A stretch of 64,000 nucleotides of DNA from an uncultured Gammaproteobacteria bacterium (GCA_963797555.1 CAWCPV010000005.1:160001-224000); one strand, 5' to 3'. Positions 26,967-38,535 are shown, numbered from the stretch's first letter. Made by a program: numbers and translations. The notes: a model not told the origin generated them from the letters alone.

Positions 26967-28301
26967 TCAACTGCTGAGTATCTTCCACAGGTTGCTGAAG
27001 TCCTCCGCGACACGCGTATCACGCTCTTTTAGTTCGGTGATCTTACGGCAGGCGTGTAGCACGGTGGTGTGGTCGCGGCCTCCGAAGGCGTCCCCAATCT
27101 CGGGGAGGCTATGCTCGGTCAGTTCCTTGGCCAGTGCCATGGCCATCTGGCGGGGCCGAGCGAGTGTCCGGACTCGGCTCTTGGAGAGCAGATCGGCTAC
27201 ACGAATTTTGTAATATTCGGCCACGGTCCTCTGGATATTATCCAGGGTGACAAGCTTGTCTTGGACTGCGAGCAGATCCTTGAGAGACTCCTTGGCGAAC
27301 TCCACCGTGATAGGGTTGCCGGTAAACTGGGCGTTGGCTGCGACGCGCCGCAACGCTCCCTCCAGCTCCCGGATGTTGGAGCGAATGCGTTTGCCGATGA
27401 AGAAGGCCACTTCGCTCGGGAGCTTGACTTGAGCGAGGTTGGCCTTGCTCATAAGGATCGCCACTCGTGTCTCGAGCTCCGGAGGCTCGATGGCGACGGT
27501 CAACCCCCAGCCGAATCGCGACTTCAAGCGCTCTTCTAGACCGTGGACCTCCCGAGGATATCGGTCGCAGGTGAGGATGACCTGCTGCTGGCCTTCCACC
27601 AGGGCGTTGAAAGTGTAAAAGAATTCCTCTTGACTGCGTTCCTTCCCTGCAAAGAACTGAATGTCGTCGATGAGGAGCGCGTCTAGAGACCGGTAAAAGT
27701 GCTTAAAGTCGTTGATCGTGTTGTGCTGTAGAGCCTTGACCATGTCGGCGACGAATCGCTCTGAGTGCATGTATGCGATACGACGCGCAGCGTTCAGAAC
27801 ACGAATTTGGTTCCCCACCGCATGCATTAGATGGGTCTTGCCGAGGCCGACACCCCCATAGATCAGTAGCGGGTTGTAGGCGTCCCCGCTGTTCGCGGCC
27901 ACCTGCTGACACGCGGCATGTGCGAGCTGGTTGGATTTTCCTACCACGAACGTGTCGAACGTTAGTTGGGGATTAAGGCTACTGTGCTGTGCGAACGCTG
28001 GGGTGTTGGGCACGCGCACGGTAGCGGGTGGTGCGGTTGGGTCAGGGAAACTGCTGGACGCCCGGCTACCTACCTCCACGACGACATGGATCGTCTCGCC
28101 CCGAACGCCCGACGCGACCTCCGCTATCTGCGGAAGGAAGCGTTCGCTGACCCAGTCCACCACGAAACGGTTGGGAGCTAGCAGACGCAGTCGCGTCTCC
28201 TCCTCAACCGCCTGCAGGGGTCGGATCCAGGTATTGAACTGCTGCGGGGGCAGGTCCATCTCAAGGCGGTCGAGGCACTTCTGCCAGAGCGTCTGACGCA
28301 A
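26967..28301 (-). CDS. dnaA: Chromosomal replication initiator
   Basis: [35 protein letters not shown]. Confidence 0.98.
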   Translation of the reverse strand: MRQTLWQKCLDRLEMDLPPQQFNTWIRPLQAVEEETRLRLLAPNRFVVDWVSERFLPQIAEVASGVRGETIHVVVEVGSRASSSFPDPTAPPATVRVPNTPAFAQHSSLNPQLTFDTFVVGKSNQLAHAACQQVAANSGDAYNPLLIYGGVGLGKTHLMHAVGNQIRVLNAARRIAYMHSERFVADMVKALQHNTINDFKHFYRSLDALLIDDIQFFAGKERSQEEFFYTFNALVEGQQQVILTCDRYPREVHGLEERLKSRFGWGLTVAIEPPELETRVAILMSKANLAQVKLPSEVAFFIGKRIRSNIRELEGALRRVAANAQFTGNPITVEFAKESLKDLLAVQDKLVTLDNIQRTVAEYYKIRVADLLSKSRVRTLARPRQMAMALAKELTEHSLPEIGDAFGGRDHTTVLHACRKITELKERDTRVAEDFSNLWKILSS

Positions 28302-28337
28302 GTTCTTAACCCTTGGCTACGGGGCGCGGGTGGTTCC

Positions 28338-28369
28338 AAGTGTATACTGCGGACTGGGTCTTATCCACA
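28338..28369 (-). promoter_or_regulatory. DnaA box overlapping the putative dnaA promoter
   Basis: TTATCCACA 28361-28369; minus strand TGGATA-17 nt-TACACT. Confidence 0.65.
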
Positions 28370-28405
28370 AGCACAACGCTGTGCACGGTTCCTCTCGAAG
28401 TGCCC

Positions 28406-28560
28406 TGTCAGCGGTCATTCGATAATCCCCACTTCGGGTCACTGAATTTTCCCCACCCTTCCTTTTCGAGGAGGGTAGTTCATGTTGCAAGCAGTAGAGG
28501 TGGTGAAGTCAGTCACTATGCCAGCCCCGGTAGCTGGTAGAGTAGAGAGCTGGTTACTGA
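28406..28560 (+). mobile_element. IS21-family left end with decayed istA start
   Basis: TGTCAGCGGTCA start; tandem repeats ggtcattcgataatccccac/ggtcactgaattttccccac; RBS and ATG at 28482. Confidence 0.6.
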
Positions 28561-28562
28561 TG

Positions 28563-30062
28563 CCGTGGCGACCTGCTCGCGCACCGGCAAGTGCCGCATC
28601 CGCTGCATCAAGTCGCGCAGGCGGGTCAGACTGCGCTGCAGCCGAGTCTTCTCGGTCCGCAGCCCCACCTTGGAAGTGGCCCTTTTGGTTGCGCGTGCAG
28701 TAGAGGGTAAAGCCCAGGAAATAAATGGTCTCCGGGCGTCGCCTCCCTCGCTTGCTCGCATGCGTCTGGGCATAACGACCGAACTCGATGAGCTGGGTCT
28801 TGCTCGGCTCCAGACTCAGGCCGAACTTCCCCAACCGTTTGCCCAGGGCCTCCTGGACGCGCAGGGCATCCTCCCGGCATTGGAAACACAGCACGAAGTC
28901 GTCGATGTAGCGCACCAGGTAGGCTTCGCCCCGCAACCGGGACTTGACCACCCGCTCGAACCACAGGTCGAGCGCATAATGCAGGTACACGTTGCGAAGC
29001 CCCACGCTGATCGACCCCCCTTGCGGTGTCCCCTCCTCGTTCGGACGGCTTTCCCCGGCTTCCAGGATGCCCGCTTTCAGCCAACGCCGTATCAGGCTCA
29101 ACAGGCGCGGATCTCCGACTCGATGCTCGACGAAGCGGAGCAGCCATCCGTGGTCCAGACTCCCGAAGAAGTTCTTCAAATCCGCCTCCAGCACCCAGCT
29201 CACCTTGCGCCCAGCAACCACCTCTAGTAGAGGGTGGCCAGAGCGTGGTGAGGGCTCAACCGAGGTCGTCCACCGAAGGAACACGGCAGGAAATCCGCTC
29301 GTAGATGGCGGACAACACCTGGGCGGCGCTGCGCTGGAGCGCCCGGTCGGCGACACAGGGCACGCCCAGGGGGCGCTTCTCCTGCTTGGCCTCACTTGGG
29401 GATATACACCCGCCGGATGGCCGGTGCACGATACCCCTGGCGGTGCACGGCCTCGAGCATGGGCTCAATCCAGGCCTCGAAGCTCTCCTTCGCCACCGTC
29501 TGGCCATCGACGCCAGGGGCCGAGTCGCTCGGGATGTGACACAGATTCTCCCACACCCGTCCCCCCGTGATATGGCGGGCCAATGAGGTGAAGCGCAGCT
29601 TCGACTTACACCGAGCTTTCGCCGCTATTCGTTCAAGTCCCGTTGCCATGAGGGGTTGCTCTATCTCTTTGCATAGAAGACCGTCTCCTCCCACTGTGTG
29701 GAGCCCATGTTTCCCAAGAAACGACTCACTCTCCGCTGGCCGCTTCCCCCTGTGGCCGGCTCTCCCGGCCTCCGAGTACTATCGGCCAGTCTGACTTCCG
29801 CCAGACTCATCGGGCCGTCCTCGCATGGTTAGCTTGTCGGACCCTACAAGCCTCCGCTTGAACCCGACGGATCTCCCTTGTTCGCATGAAACCCTTCGAC
29901 GCCATGCCGGCGGTACAAACCCCGGAAGCACCCCAGGACACTCGCCAATGCGCGCCCTGGGATTTCGCCTTCCCCATAGAGAGACTGGGTCGGCTGCTTC
30001 GACCACGTTCGATTTCGGGGGCTATGTTCCCGTTCACTTTCGTTCCGGCCTACCGTGACTCG
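28563..30062 (-). mobile_element. Group II intron remnant (class-E-like RT, ATG 29649), truncated at both ends
   Basis: SAPGVDG, RRVYIP, RPLGVP, EADLKNFF, GTPQGG, YIDDF, FLGFT; frameshifts and a deletion; domain I-like RNA upstream; no D5/D6. Confidence 0.88.
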
Positions 30063-30163
30063 GGCATCACCCAAAAGTAACTGCTCCGCAGCTGCTCGAA
30101 AGTCTCGGAATGCCGCACCAATACTGGCTTTCAGCGATTCATGGCCTCGGTCAACTGCCGAAT

Positions 30164-31717
30164 TTAACGTGAAAGAAGCCGGTTTTTGGGCGTGACGGAG
30201 CCTGGCCGATGAGGGCCATAGGAGGGAGGGGGTGAAGGGTTCAGGCGGCGGCTGGCAGGAAGCCGTAGCGGCTGAGGGCCTTGATCCAGCGTGGGGCGTT
30301 GCGTTTCACAAATAGGGCTTCATAGTCAGTGGCCGAATCCCGGTAGTGTTGGCCGCGCGAGAGCATGCAGAAGATGATACGCAACATCTTGTGGGCCAGA
30401 GCGATGATGGCTCGTTTGCGGCCGCGGCGCACCACCAGAGTCTGGAGCTTCGTCTGCAAGGCGCAGCGGGTACGGCTTGCGGCATGGGCGAACTCGCACA
30501 GCAGACGACGCACATAGGGGTTGCCCTTGCGGGTGCGCCCCGATTGGCGCTTGCCGGCCGACTCGTGGTTGCCGGGGCAGATACCCACCCAGGAAGCGAG
30601 CCGCTCGGCATGACCGAAGGCGCTCATGTCGCTACCGATTTCCACCAGCAGCATGGCGGCACCGATGACATTGACCCCTGGTAGGGTCTGCAACAACAGC
30701 AGGCTGTTGGCCTCCTCCTTCAGGCCTTCGAGCAAGCGAGCATCGAAGCGGGCGATGCGGGCTTCGAGCTCCTCGATGTGGCGCATCAATTCATCGAGGA
30801 CGAAGCGATGAGACTCGGTCAGGTCCCCCTGCAGGGCATCGAGCAGCTCCTCGCGGCTCGCCTTCAGCCGGCGGCTGGCCAGGGGGAGGACCTCGTGGGC
30901 AGCAGCCCCCTGGATGAGGGCTTTCAGCATGGCACGGGCCGACTGGCCGTGGATATCGCTCACCACCACCCCCAGGCGGATGCCACCATCGGTGAGCACC
31001 TTGTGCAGCCGGTTCTTCTCCGAGGCAGCCAAGCCCACGAGCTTCTGTCGCTGCCGGGCGATCAGGCGCAGCTCGCGCAGTTTGGCCTTCGGCACGAAGG
31101 AGGCGCGCAACAGAGCGGCGCGAGCCAACATGGCCAGCCACTGGGCATCGCCGATGTCGGTCTTGCGTCCCGGGACCTGCTTGACGTGGCGGGCGTTGAC
31201 CACCTTGGCTTGGATGCCGTGCGCCTTCTAGGGCTGCGTAAGGACTTTTCCAGTAAATGCCGGTGCTCTCCATGACCACCTCCTCCGGGCGAAATCCCGC
31301 GCACCACTCCGCGAACGCCCGGCGGTCTTTCTTGAAGGCACCGAATTGGCGTTGCTCGATGTAGACTTGGCCGTCGGCCTCCTCAAGGATGGCACAGGCG
31401 GTCACTTGCCCCTGATGCACATCCAGACCGATGACACGCTTGAAGATCGCTACCAGTTCCATGTCGTCTCCCGTCGCAATACACTCAAGAGATGGGAGAC
31501 GGCGGGTGCCGGACCGAGTGAGCCTGAAGGCGGCAAGCCGCCGACGGCCTGTTTAACGTGCGCTCTGTAGGGAAGCAATCCGGGGTACGAGTCGGTCCGG
31601 CGGGTCACGTTAGGTTGCGGGGTCGAGCCGCCAAAAACTTGCGCGACCTCTTCCCGCCGTCTCCCACCCCACAGCTTCTTTCATCCTCTGGGGTGGCGCC
31701 AGACGCAATGATTGTTA
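30164..31717 (-). mobile_element. IS110-family element (transposase 30241-31462, frameshift ~31225)
   Basis: GLDVH, MESTGIYW, PGRKTDIGDA, ESAGK; TAA core at both junctions; long 5' non-coding end. Confidence 0.92.
31490..31714 (-). ncRNA. Candidate IS110 bridge RNA
   Basis: 14-bp outer stem 31493-31506/31653-31666; internal 8-mers identical to the target and donor junctions (see findings). Confidence 0.7.
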
Positions 31718-31719
31718 GG

Positions 31720-32110
31720 TTGAACCCCTCCGACTCCCAATACGGCCCGTTGCGACTTCGGTTGCCCTTATACGCACCGGCTGACCTTCCTCTCCAGCCA
31801 CCGCATTGGGCCTCCCGCACTTGACTCGCGTATCTTCCGTCACATGCCGCCCCTGCTACCCCGGGAGACCCCAGACCCGCTTCCGTTTGCTCCAGGACCT
31901 AAGGTGGCAGCCTTCCCCATCTGACCAAAAGGTCGGCGTCTCCAACTCGATGACGAGGCTACTTCTAGGTTCGCCCGCGCTGCGGCCTGCAACTTCGCCC
32001 TCGGGGAACTCACGACCTCCGATTGCTCGGACGCCGCTCCCCGGTGCTACCAAGGCGAACGGACAATTCCTCAGACGGGACTTCAACCCGCTAGATACAC
32101 AGCCGTTATC
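31720..32110 (-). mobile_element. Group II intron domain I fragment (no ORF)
   Basis: Minus strand gataacggctgtgtatctagcgggttgaagtcccg...ggggaaggc...ggcatgtga...gggagtcggagggg, resembling IIB intron 5' RNA. Confidence 0.7.
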
Positions 32111-32169
32111 GAAAGACCGTGCTCATTGGCGCAACAGAGTGGGTGGAATGCCTATCGCCGGGCGCCGCG

Positions 32170-32360
32170 GAGCGATACGTGACTCTCGTGGAGGCGCTGC
32201 TGCAGGAAGCAGCCGCCGAGGAGGTGGCCTCCAAGACCGCCAAGCACATCAGCATGCGCACCAGCCTCGCCCGCTTTCCGTTCGTGAAGAACCCTTGGAG
32301 ACTTTCGATTTCGGCCACCAACCCTCGCTGGACAAGAAGCTAATCCACCAGCTCGCTGCG
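32170..32360 (+). pseudogene. IS21 istB fragment
   Basis: LARFPFVK-PLETFDFGHQPSLDKKLIHQLA. Confidence 0.75.
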
Positions 32361-32655
32361 TGGCTCCTGCCGTGCCCGGCCCAAGCAGGTGCTCGTCCAC
32401 CCCTTCCATCCCAGGGCCCGTGAGTTCCTCTGCGACGCTCACCAGCCGGCACAGAGGCAGGATCTTTATTCTCGCGTGCGAGCCTCTGCCCGATGCTCGC
32501 GCTGGGCGTGGCAAGCGCCATCGCATTGCGCGGTCACCGCCGATGCCTTACACACCCAACGCTAGACGGCACGCTAGCAACGAAACCGTCGATAAGGGCC
32601 ACGCCCGCCCGGAAGTGCGGTGCCTGTCCACCTCCACCGAGACGGACCCAATGGC

Positions 32656-32684
32656 TTGACAGAGGGGGTTATCTCCGATACTTT
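32656..32684 (+). promoter_or_regulatory. sigma70 promoter of the rpmH operon
   Basis: TTGACA-17 nt-TACTTT about 55 nt upstream of rpmH. Confidence 0.6.
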
Positions 32685-32737
32685 TGCAGGTTTGCAGATC
32701 CCGTCATCACCCACCATAGGGATCAGGGCGCACCCCA

Positions 32738-32872
32738 ATGAAGAGAACGTTCCAGCCCAGCATCTTAAAGCGTAAACGCACTCATGGTTTCCGCGCCCGC
32801 ATCTCTACCAAAGCCGGCAAGGCCGTGATCAGCGCGAGGAGGGCGAAGGGCCGCAAACGGCTTAGTCCGTGA
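32738..32872 (+). CDS. rpmH: 50S ribosomal protein L34
   Basis: [44 protein letters not shown] (below ORF-track cutoff). Confidence 0.97.
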   Translation: MKRTFQPSILKRKRTHGFRARISTKAGKAVISARRAKGRKRLSP

Positions 32873-32882
32873 CCGGTCCCCC

Positions 32883-33248
32883 TTGATTCAAGGCCGGCAG
32901 CGTTTTTCCCGGCGCCTGCGTCTCTCAGGCGGGGTAGATTTTCGGCGTGTCTTCCGATGCCCATGCAAGGTGGGCGACGCGGCGGTTGTTGTGCTCGCGC
33001 GTCCCAATGGTCTTAGCTACCCTCGGTTGGGCTTGGCCGTTGGTCGCAAGGCCGTGCATGCAGCAGTGACGCGCAACCGTCTCAAGCGACTGATTCGAGA
33101 GAGCTTTAGACGCCACCAAAGGACACTGGGTCACTTGGATATCGTGGTGTGGGTGCGCAAAGATCTCGTCGATCCGGTGGCCACCACCTTTGGGCATACC
33201 TTGGACGGCTACTGGCAGCAGTTGGTCCATCGATGCGGCGGAGTGTGA
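32883..33248 (+). CDS. rnpA: RNase P protein component
   Basis: [26 protein letters not shown]. Confidence 0.95.
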   Translation: MIQGRQRFSRRLRLSGGVDFRRVFRCPCKVGDAAVVVLARPNGLSYPRLGLAVGRKAVHAAVTRNRLKRLIRESFRRHQRTLGHLDIVVWVRKDLVDPVATTFGHTLDGYWQQLVHRCGGV

Positions 33249-33469
33249 TAGTGCTGCTGGAAGCCTACCGCCTCGGAATCAGCCCGTGGCTCGGTAGTCA
33301 TTGTCGCTTCTACCCCAGTTGCTCGCACTATGCCAAAAGTGCCATCGAGCGTTTTGGTCTGCTCCGTGGTGTGTGGCTAGCGTTGCGCCGCATCGGCCGT
33401 TGCCACCCCTGGCACGTCGGCGGCTACGACCCAGTCCCCGAGAACCATAAGAGCCAGAGCCATGGATAA
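33233..33469 (+). CDS. yidD: Membrane protein insertion efficiency factor
   Basis: [25 protein letters not shown]. Confidence 0.95.
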   Translation: MRRSVIVLLEAYRLGISPWLGSHCRFYPSCSHYAKSAIERFGLLRGVWLALRRIGRCHPWHVGGYDPVPENHKSQSHG

Positions 33470-35081
33470 CGTGAGGCTCCTGCTGTTCATCGCGCTGGCC
33501 TTCGTGCTGCTGATGATATGGCAGGCGTGGGACCAAGATTACGGGGCACGGCGCGCTGGGCCGGCACAAACGAGTGCACCGCCGGCAGCGAGTGCCGAAG
33601 TCCCTGCACTGCCCAAGGGGGCTCAGGCTGCTGGGACGAGTATTCAACAGTCGGAGTCTGAACAGACTATTCGGGTAGTGACGGACGTGCTGGACCTCGA
33701 GATCGGAACGCGCGGAGGCGACCTGCTCCGCGCGGAGCTACGGAAGTATCCCGTGTCCGTGCGGGAGCAACATCAGCCCGTTCGCCTCTTGTATGACCGC
33801 CCGCCCCAGTTGTTTATCGCGCAGTCGGGCGTACTAAGCGCGACCCCCTCTCCAAGCCATCGGGACCTGTATACGGTCGATCATAAGGAGTATCGCCTAG
33901 AGGACGGCCAGAGCGAACTGAAGGTCTCGCTGCATTGGCGCGGTCCCTCAGGTACGACGGTGGACAAGATTTACAGCTTTCGGCGGGGTAGTTATGTGGT
34001 CCGCTTGACGCATGTTCTACACAATGACGCGGTACAGCCCTGGTCAGCGAGGATCTACGGACAGTTTCAGCGCACCGAGGGCGCCGCGCAGTCGGATTCC
34101 GGCTTTATTCACACGTTTACAGGAGCGGCGTTCCACACCACGCAGGAGCGCTATCGCAAGGTCACGTTCAGCGAGATGGGCTCACACGAAGTCGACCTGG
34201 ACTCGAACGGCGGATGGGCTGCCATCTTGGAGCACTACTTCGTGACGGCATGGGTGCCGCCGGAGGGTGGCGACAGTCGCTTCTACGCGAGGGGCCTGGA
34301 CGGGGGTCGGTATCTTGTTGGTGTGATCGCGCCTTTGGTGACCGTACCGCCAGGCCAAACGTCCTCGCGGGAGATGAAGCTGTATGTGGGGCCGAAAGTG
34401 CAGAGCCGCCTCGATCATGTCGCGCCAGGACTTGAACTTACTGTCGATTACGGCATCTTTTGGTTTCTCTCGCAGCCCCTGTTCTGGCTACTGCAGCACA
34501 TTCACGGGGTGGTCGGTAACTGGGGTTGGGCGATCGTGATACTGACCGGCCTCATCAAGTTGGCTTTCTTCCACCTTTCGGCGACAAGCTACCGGTCCAT
34601 GGCGAAGATGCGCCGTTTGCAGCCCCGAGTAGCGGAGCTGAAGGAACGTTACGGCGATGACCGCCAGCGCATGAGCCAGGCCATGATGGAGCTCTACAAG
34701 CACGAGAAGGTCAACCCCTTGGGGGGATGCCTCCCGATCGCGGTCCAGATACCCGTATTCATCGCCTTATATTGGGTGCTAGTCGAGAGCGTCGAACTGC
34801 GGCAAGGTTCGTTCATTGGCTGGATCAAGGACCTTTCTGTCCCGGACCCGCTTTACGTCCTTCCGGTGCTCATGGGAGTAACCATGCTGGTTCAACAGTG
34901 GCTCAACCCCGCTCCCGTGGATCCCCTCCAGAAGAAGGTTATGATGGCCTTGCCGCTTGTTTTTACGGTATTTTTTGCGTTTTTCCCAGCTGGTCTAGTG
35001 CTTTACTGGACCACTAACAACGCGCTCTCCATTGCGCAACAGTGGCATATCACCCGTCGGGTCCAACACTCCGCGCGCTGA
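33462..35081 (+). CDS. yidC: Membrane protein insertase
   Basis: [25 protein letters not shown]. Confidence 0.97.
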   Translation: MDNVRLLLFIALAFVLLMIWQAWDQDYGARRAGPAQTSAPPAASAEVPALPKGAQAAGTSIQQSESEQTIRVVTDVLDLEIGTRGGDLLRAELRKYPVSVREQHQPVRLLYDRPPQLFIAQSGVLSATPSPSHRDLYTVDHKEYRLEDGQSELKVSLHWRGPSGTTVDKIYSFRRGSYVVRLTHVLHNDAVQPWSARIYGQFQRTEGAAQSDSGFIHTFTGAAFHTTQERYRKVTFSEMGSHEVDLDSNGGWAAILEHYFVTAWVPPEGGDSRFYARGLDGGRYLVGVIAPLVTVPPGQTSSREMKLYVGPKVQSRLDHVAPGLELTVDYGIFWFLSQPLFWLLQHIHGVVGNWGWAIVILTGLIKLAFFHLSATSYRSMAKMRRLQPRVAELKERYGDDRQRMSQAMMELYKHEKVNPLGGCLPIAVQIPVFIALYWVLVESVELRQGSFIGWIKDLSVPDPLYVLPVLMGVTMLVQQWLNPAPVDPLQKKVMMALPLVFTVFFAFFPAGLVLYWTTNNALSIAQQWHITRRVQHSAR

Positions 35082-36430
35082 CCGAGCAAGACACCATTGT
35101 AGCCGTTGCGACTCCCCGAGGCTTCGGAGGGGTGGGTATCGTGCGTCTCTCTGGGTCAGCGGCGGAGGCCGTGGCGAAGTCGATGCTGGGCCGCCTTCCG
35201 GCTCCGCGAATGGCCCTTTACGGGGCCTTTCGGGGCCCAGACGGTGCAGTGCTCGACTTCGGCATCGCTCTGTACTTTCCGGCACCCCGGTCCCTGACCG
35301 GAGAGAACGTTCTAGAGTTGCACGGTCACGGAGGTCCGGTCTCTCTGGATATGTTGGTGCGGCGGGCTGTAGAGCTGGGTGCCCGACCTGCTCGCCCTGG
35401 CGAATTCAGCGAACGTGCGTTCATGAACGGTAAGATGGACTTGGCTCAGGCCGAGGGCGTGGCGGACCTGATCGCGTGCACATCGGAGGAGGCGGCGAAG
35501 AGCGCCATGCGCTCGCTCAGCGGCGAGTTTTCGGGACGGATCCGCGCGATGGGGCAGAGCGTGCTTGCGTTGCGGGCGGAAGTGGAAGCCAACCTGGACT
35601 TTCCTGAGGAGGACTTGGATACCGGGTGGGTCCAAAAGTTGGCAGAACGCCTAAAGGCCTTTCAGGCCAGTCTGGGGCGACTGCAGGCGTTGGCCGGACA
35701 GGGGGCCCTGTTGCGCGAAGGCATGACCGTGGTCATCGCCGGCCCCCCGAATGCTGGAAAGTCAACGCTGCTGAATGCCTTGGCGCAGCGGCAGACGGCC
35801 ATCGTGACGGAAATCCCCGGGACGACGCGCGACGTGCTTCGGGAGTGCATCCACATCGATGGGATGCCGCTGCACGTGCTGGATACGGCGGGTCTGCGGG
35901 ACACGTCGGATCCCCTGGAGAAGGAGGGCGTTCGCAGGGCTTGGCAGGCGATTTCGGAAGCTGACCGGCTCCTGTTGGTAGTGGACGATACGGTTGGGGC
36001 TGGGGACAATGAACGGGAAATTTGTGAACACTTACCGCCGAGGCTCGGGGTGACGGTAGTGCGGAACAAGGTTGACCTTAGCGGGCGTCCGTGCGGTCGA
36101 TCCCGTGGGCCGGTCGGGGTCGGGGAGGAGGTGGCGCTCTCAGCAGCCACTGGAGAGGGACTGGGCTTCCTGCGGCAGCATCTCAAGGAATGCGTTTCAT
36201 ATCAGGGCGCCGACGAAGGGGTGTTCATGGCACGGCGGCGGCATTTGGAGGCGCTCGACCGCGCCCAGGCTGCTGCTGCCGCCGCGTGCGATCTGGCGGT
36301 GGCGGGATCTTGGGAGCTAGTCGCGGACGAACTCCGCCTGACGCAGCAGGCGCTGGGCGAGATCACTGGTGAGGTGAGATCGGAGGACGTCCTGGATCGC
36401 ATCTTCTCGACGTTCTGCATCGGGAAGTAG
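35078..36430 (+). CDS. mnmE: tRNA modification GTPase (start uncertain)
   Basis: DTIVAVATP, GPPNAGKS, DTAG, FCIGK. Confidence 0.96.
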   Translation: MTEQDTIVAVATPRGFGGVGIVRLSGSAAEAVAKSMLGRLPAPRMALYGAFRGPDGAVLDFGIALYFPAPRSLTGENVLELHGHGGPVSLDMLVRRAVELGARPARPGEFSERAFMNGKMDLAQAEGVADLIACTSEEAAKSAMRSLSGEFSGRIRAMGQSVLALRAEVEANLDFPEEDLDTGWVQKLAERLKAFQASLGRLQALAGQGALLREGMTVVIAGPPNAGKSTLLNALAQRQTAIVTEIPGTTRDVLRECIHIDGMPLHVLDTAGLRDTSDPLEKEGVRRAWQAISEADRLLLVVDDTVGAGDNEREICEHLPPRLGVTVVRNKVDLSGRPCGRSRGPVGVGEEVALSAATGEGLGFLRQHLKECVSYQGADEGVFMARRRHLEALDRAQAAAAAACDLAVAGSWELVADELRLTQQALGEITGEVRSEDVLDRIFSTFCIGK

Positions 36431-36537
36431 ACTTCTCAAAAGCGACTAGCGACTCGGTTAATGGAGTTGTGTCGGCGCGTTGGCTGTCCCTGGACACTGA
36501 AAGTCCTAAGCAATTGCTGTGCAGCGACAGAGCGGAC

Positions 36538-38535
36538 TCAGGGGCGAAAAGCGCGAACGAGGCGCCCCAGCCGTCGCTGCCAGAGAGGGCGCTGAACGCA
36601 CCTATAACGTAGGGCGACGTAAATGCGGATAATCAACTGCACCATACGCGCATGGCGGGGGACAGTTTGACCGACGCGGCGGGCATAGGCCAGAGGACCC
36701 TCGTTTGGAGAGCGCGGGATCCCTCTGCGCGCCAGCTTCGCGCAGAACTGCCGGTACAATTCCCCAAGGGGGTCCGGCGTTTCCCGGACGGGCGAAAAGC
36801 GGGCGACCAGTACGGCGAGCCCGAGGGTCATAGCGAGCACCAGCGCTATCGTTAGACCCTGCCACGTCACATCGGGCCAGCCGAGACTGCCGAAGAGTTC
36901 CCGCTGCAACTGAGGACCGTAGCCCAGGATCCAATGGTTCCAGCCGTTGTTTACGGCATCCCAACCAAGGCGGAGATTGTCCGCCGCCCACTGCCAGAAG
37001 ACCATTTCGGGCAGGCTACCCCGTGCGGAAACCCCCTGAAACCGCTCCATGCCGAGCTCGATGCGCTCGGGGGCGACGGCTGCCGTGGGGTCGACACGGA
37101 CCCATCCTTGGCCGGCAAACCAGACCTCCGACCAAGCATGCGCGTCACGTTCCTGAACGATGAGGTAGCCACCCAGGGGATTATAGGTTCCGCCTTGATA
37201 GCCCGTGACGACGCGGGCGGGAATCCCGGCGGCGCGCATCAGCACTACGAAGGCTGTTGCGTAGTGCTCGCAATATCCACGGCGAGTATCGAAGAGGAAC
37301 TCGTCCACGGGATTGCTCCCCAAACGCGGCGATTCCAGCGTGTAGACGAAGGACTGGCGGCGAAAGTAGGCGAGGGCCTCCTGAACCACCGCGGTTGGCT
37401 GCACCCAGGTCCGTGCCCACAGGGCGCCCAGTTGGCGCGCGCGCGGGTTGTAGCCGCTGGGCAGTTCAAGGCCAAGAGAACGTTCCGAGGGGGTGAGCGA
37501 ACCGGTTGCGTGAGATAGTCGGGAAACGAGTTGATAGAGGGAGCGTTGCTGGACCGCGTTTCGCGCGAGGAGCTGCAGATCGGACGTGATCTCGGTACCC
37601 CGCGGCGCTGCGACGGGTAGCTCGAGCGGGAACAGCCACCGTCCCTCGTGAGGCTCGATGGTCACCGTGTAGTGGATAACGGGTGCGGAAGGATCGACGG
37701 GTGGGGGGGTGCCTTTGGGAGTTGAACGTGTCCAGCGACGACCATCCGTGCGCCAGAATACGGGACCGCGCCAATAGAGCATGGCAGGGGACGGCGTGCT
37801 CTCCGTGAATTCAACCCGGAAGGCGACGGCATCCGATTGGCTCAGTCGGCTGATTTGCCCCGGGGCGAGTTCGTCGCTCAGTCCTGTGAGCCCGCGGTAA
37901 GCATCTGTCGGTAAGCCCCAAAGGGGGCCCGTGACCCGAGGGAAAAAGAGAAACTGGGTGCAGGCCAAGGGGATAGCATAGAGAAGCATACGTGCGGCGA
38001 GCCGGACGGCGCCCGCAACTCCCAGTACCTGACGCAGGTCGTTGGCGGAGACGAGGGACGCCGTAAGCAGCAAGACCGGTACGGCCATGTAGATAGCCAT
38101 CAGAATCGTCTGGGAATAAAGAAAATTGGTAATGGCCAGGAAATATCCCAGAAACACCGCGACATATAGGTCTCTTCGCGCACCGACCTCCAGGAGCTTG
38201 AGCCCGACCATCAGGATGAGAAGCGCAACGCCAGCGTCCCGGCCCGTGAGCGTGTGGAAGTTGGCATAGACGGCGGCGAGCGTGACGCTGACTAGTAAGA
38301 CGCGCGTGAGCCGTCGGGGGAGCGGCTTCCGGTACCGGCCCAGGATGGACCGCCAGACGCCGGTGACTAGGGCAAACAGCGTCACCCACCACGGCAGATG
38401 GGCTGCGTGCGGTGCCACCACGGTGGTTAGAGCGCAAAGCAGACCGGCCAACGTCGGCGGCCTCGTTACGTCAGGGGCGTCAGCGGCCAACGGGGCTGTC
38501 GAAGAGGGCGAGAACCCGGAGACATCTCGAACCAT
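36538..38535 (-). CDS. DUF3488/transglutaminase membrane protein (TgpA-like)
   Basis: Multi-TM N-terminus; GYCEHYA, PARVVTGYQGG, AHAWSEVW, DPT. Confidence 0.9.
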   Translation of the reverse strand: MVRDVSGFSPSSTAPLAADAPDVTRPPTLAGLLCALTTVVAPHAAHLPWWVTLFALVTGVWRSILGRYRKPLPRRLTRVLLVSVTLAAVYANFHTLTGRDAGVALLILMVGLKLLEVGARRDLYVAVFLGYFLAITNFLYSQTILMAIYMAVPVLLLTASLVSANDLRQVLGVAGAVRLAARMLLYAIPLACTQFLFFPRVTGPLWGLPTDAYRGLTGLSDELAPGQISRLSQSDAVAFRVEFTESTPSPAMLYWRGPVFWRTDGRRWTRSTPKGTPPPVDPSAPVIHYTVTIEPHEGRWLFPLELPVAAPRGTEITSDLQLLARNAVQQRSLYQLVSRLSHATGSLTPSERSLGLELPSGYNPRARQLGALWARTWVQPTAVVQEALAYFRRQSFVYTLESPRLGSNPVDEFLFDTRRGYCEHYATAFVVLMRAAGIPARVVTGYQGGTYNPLGGYLIVQERDAHAWSEVWFAGQGWVRVDPTAAVAPERIELGMERFQGVSARGSLPEMVFWQWAADNLRLGWDAVNNGWNHWILGYGPQLQRELFGSLGWPDVTWQGLTIALVLAMTLGLAVLVARFSPVRETPDPLGELYRQFCAKLARRGIPRSPNEGPLAYARRVGQTVPRHARMVQLIIRIYVALRYRCVQRPLWQRRLGRLVRAFRP

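Noticed and set aside
31558-31824. Duplicated small ORF MRSVGKQSG... (also 48702-48926)
   Set aside because: It is an antisense reading of the duplicated IS110 non-coding end, and the two copies diverge exactly at the element boundary.
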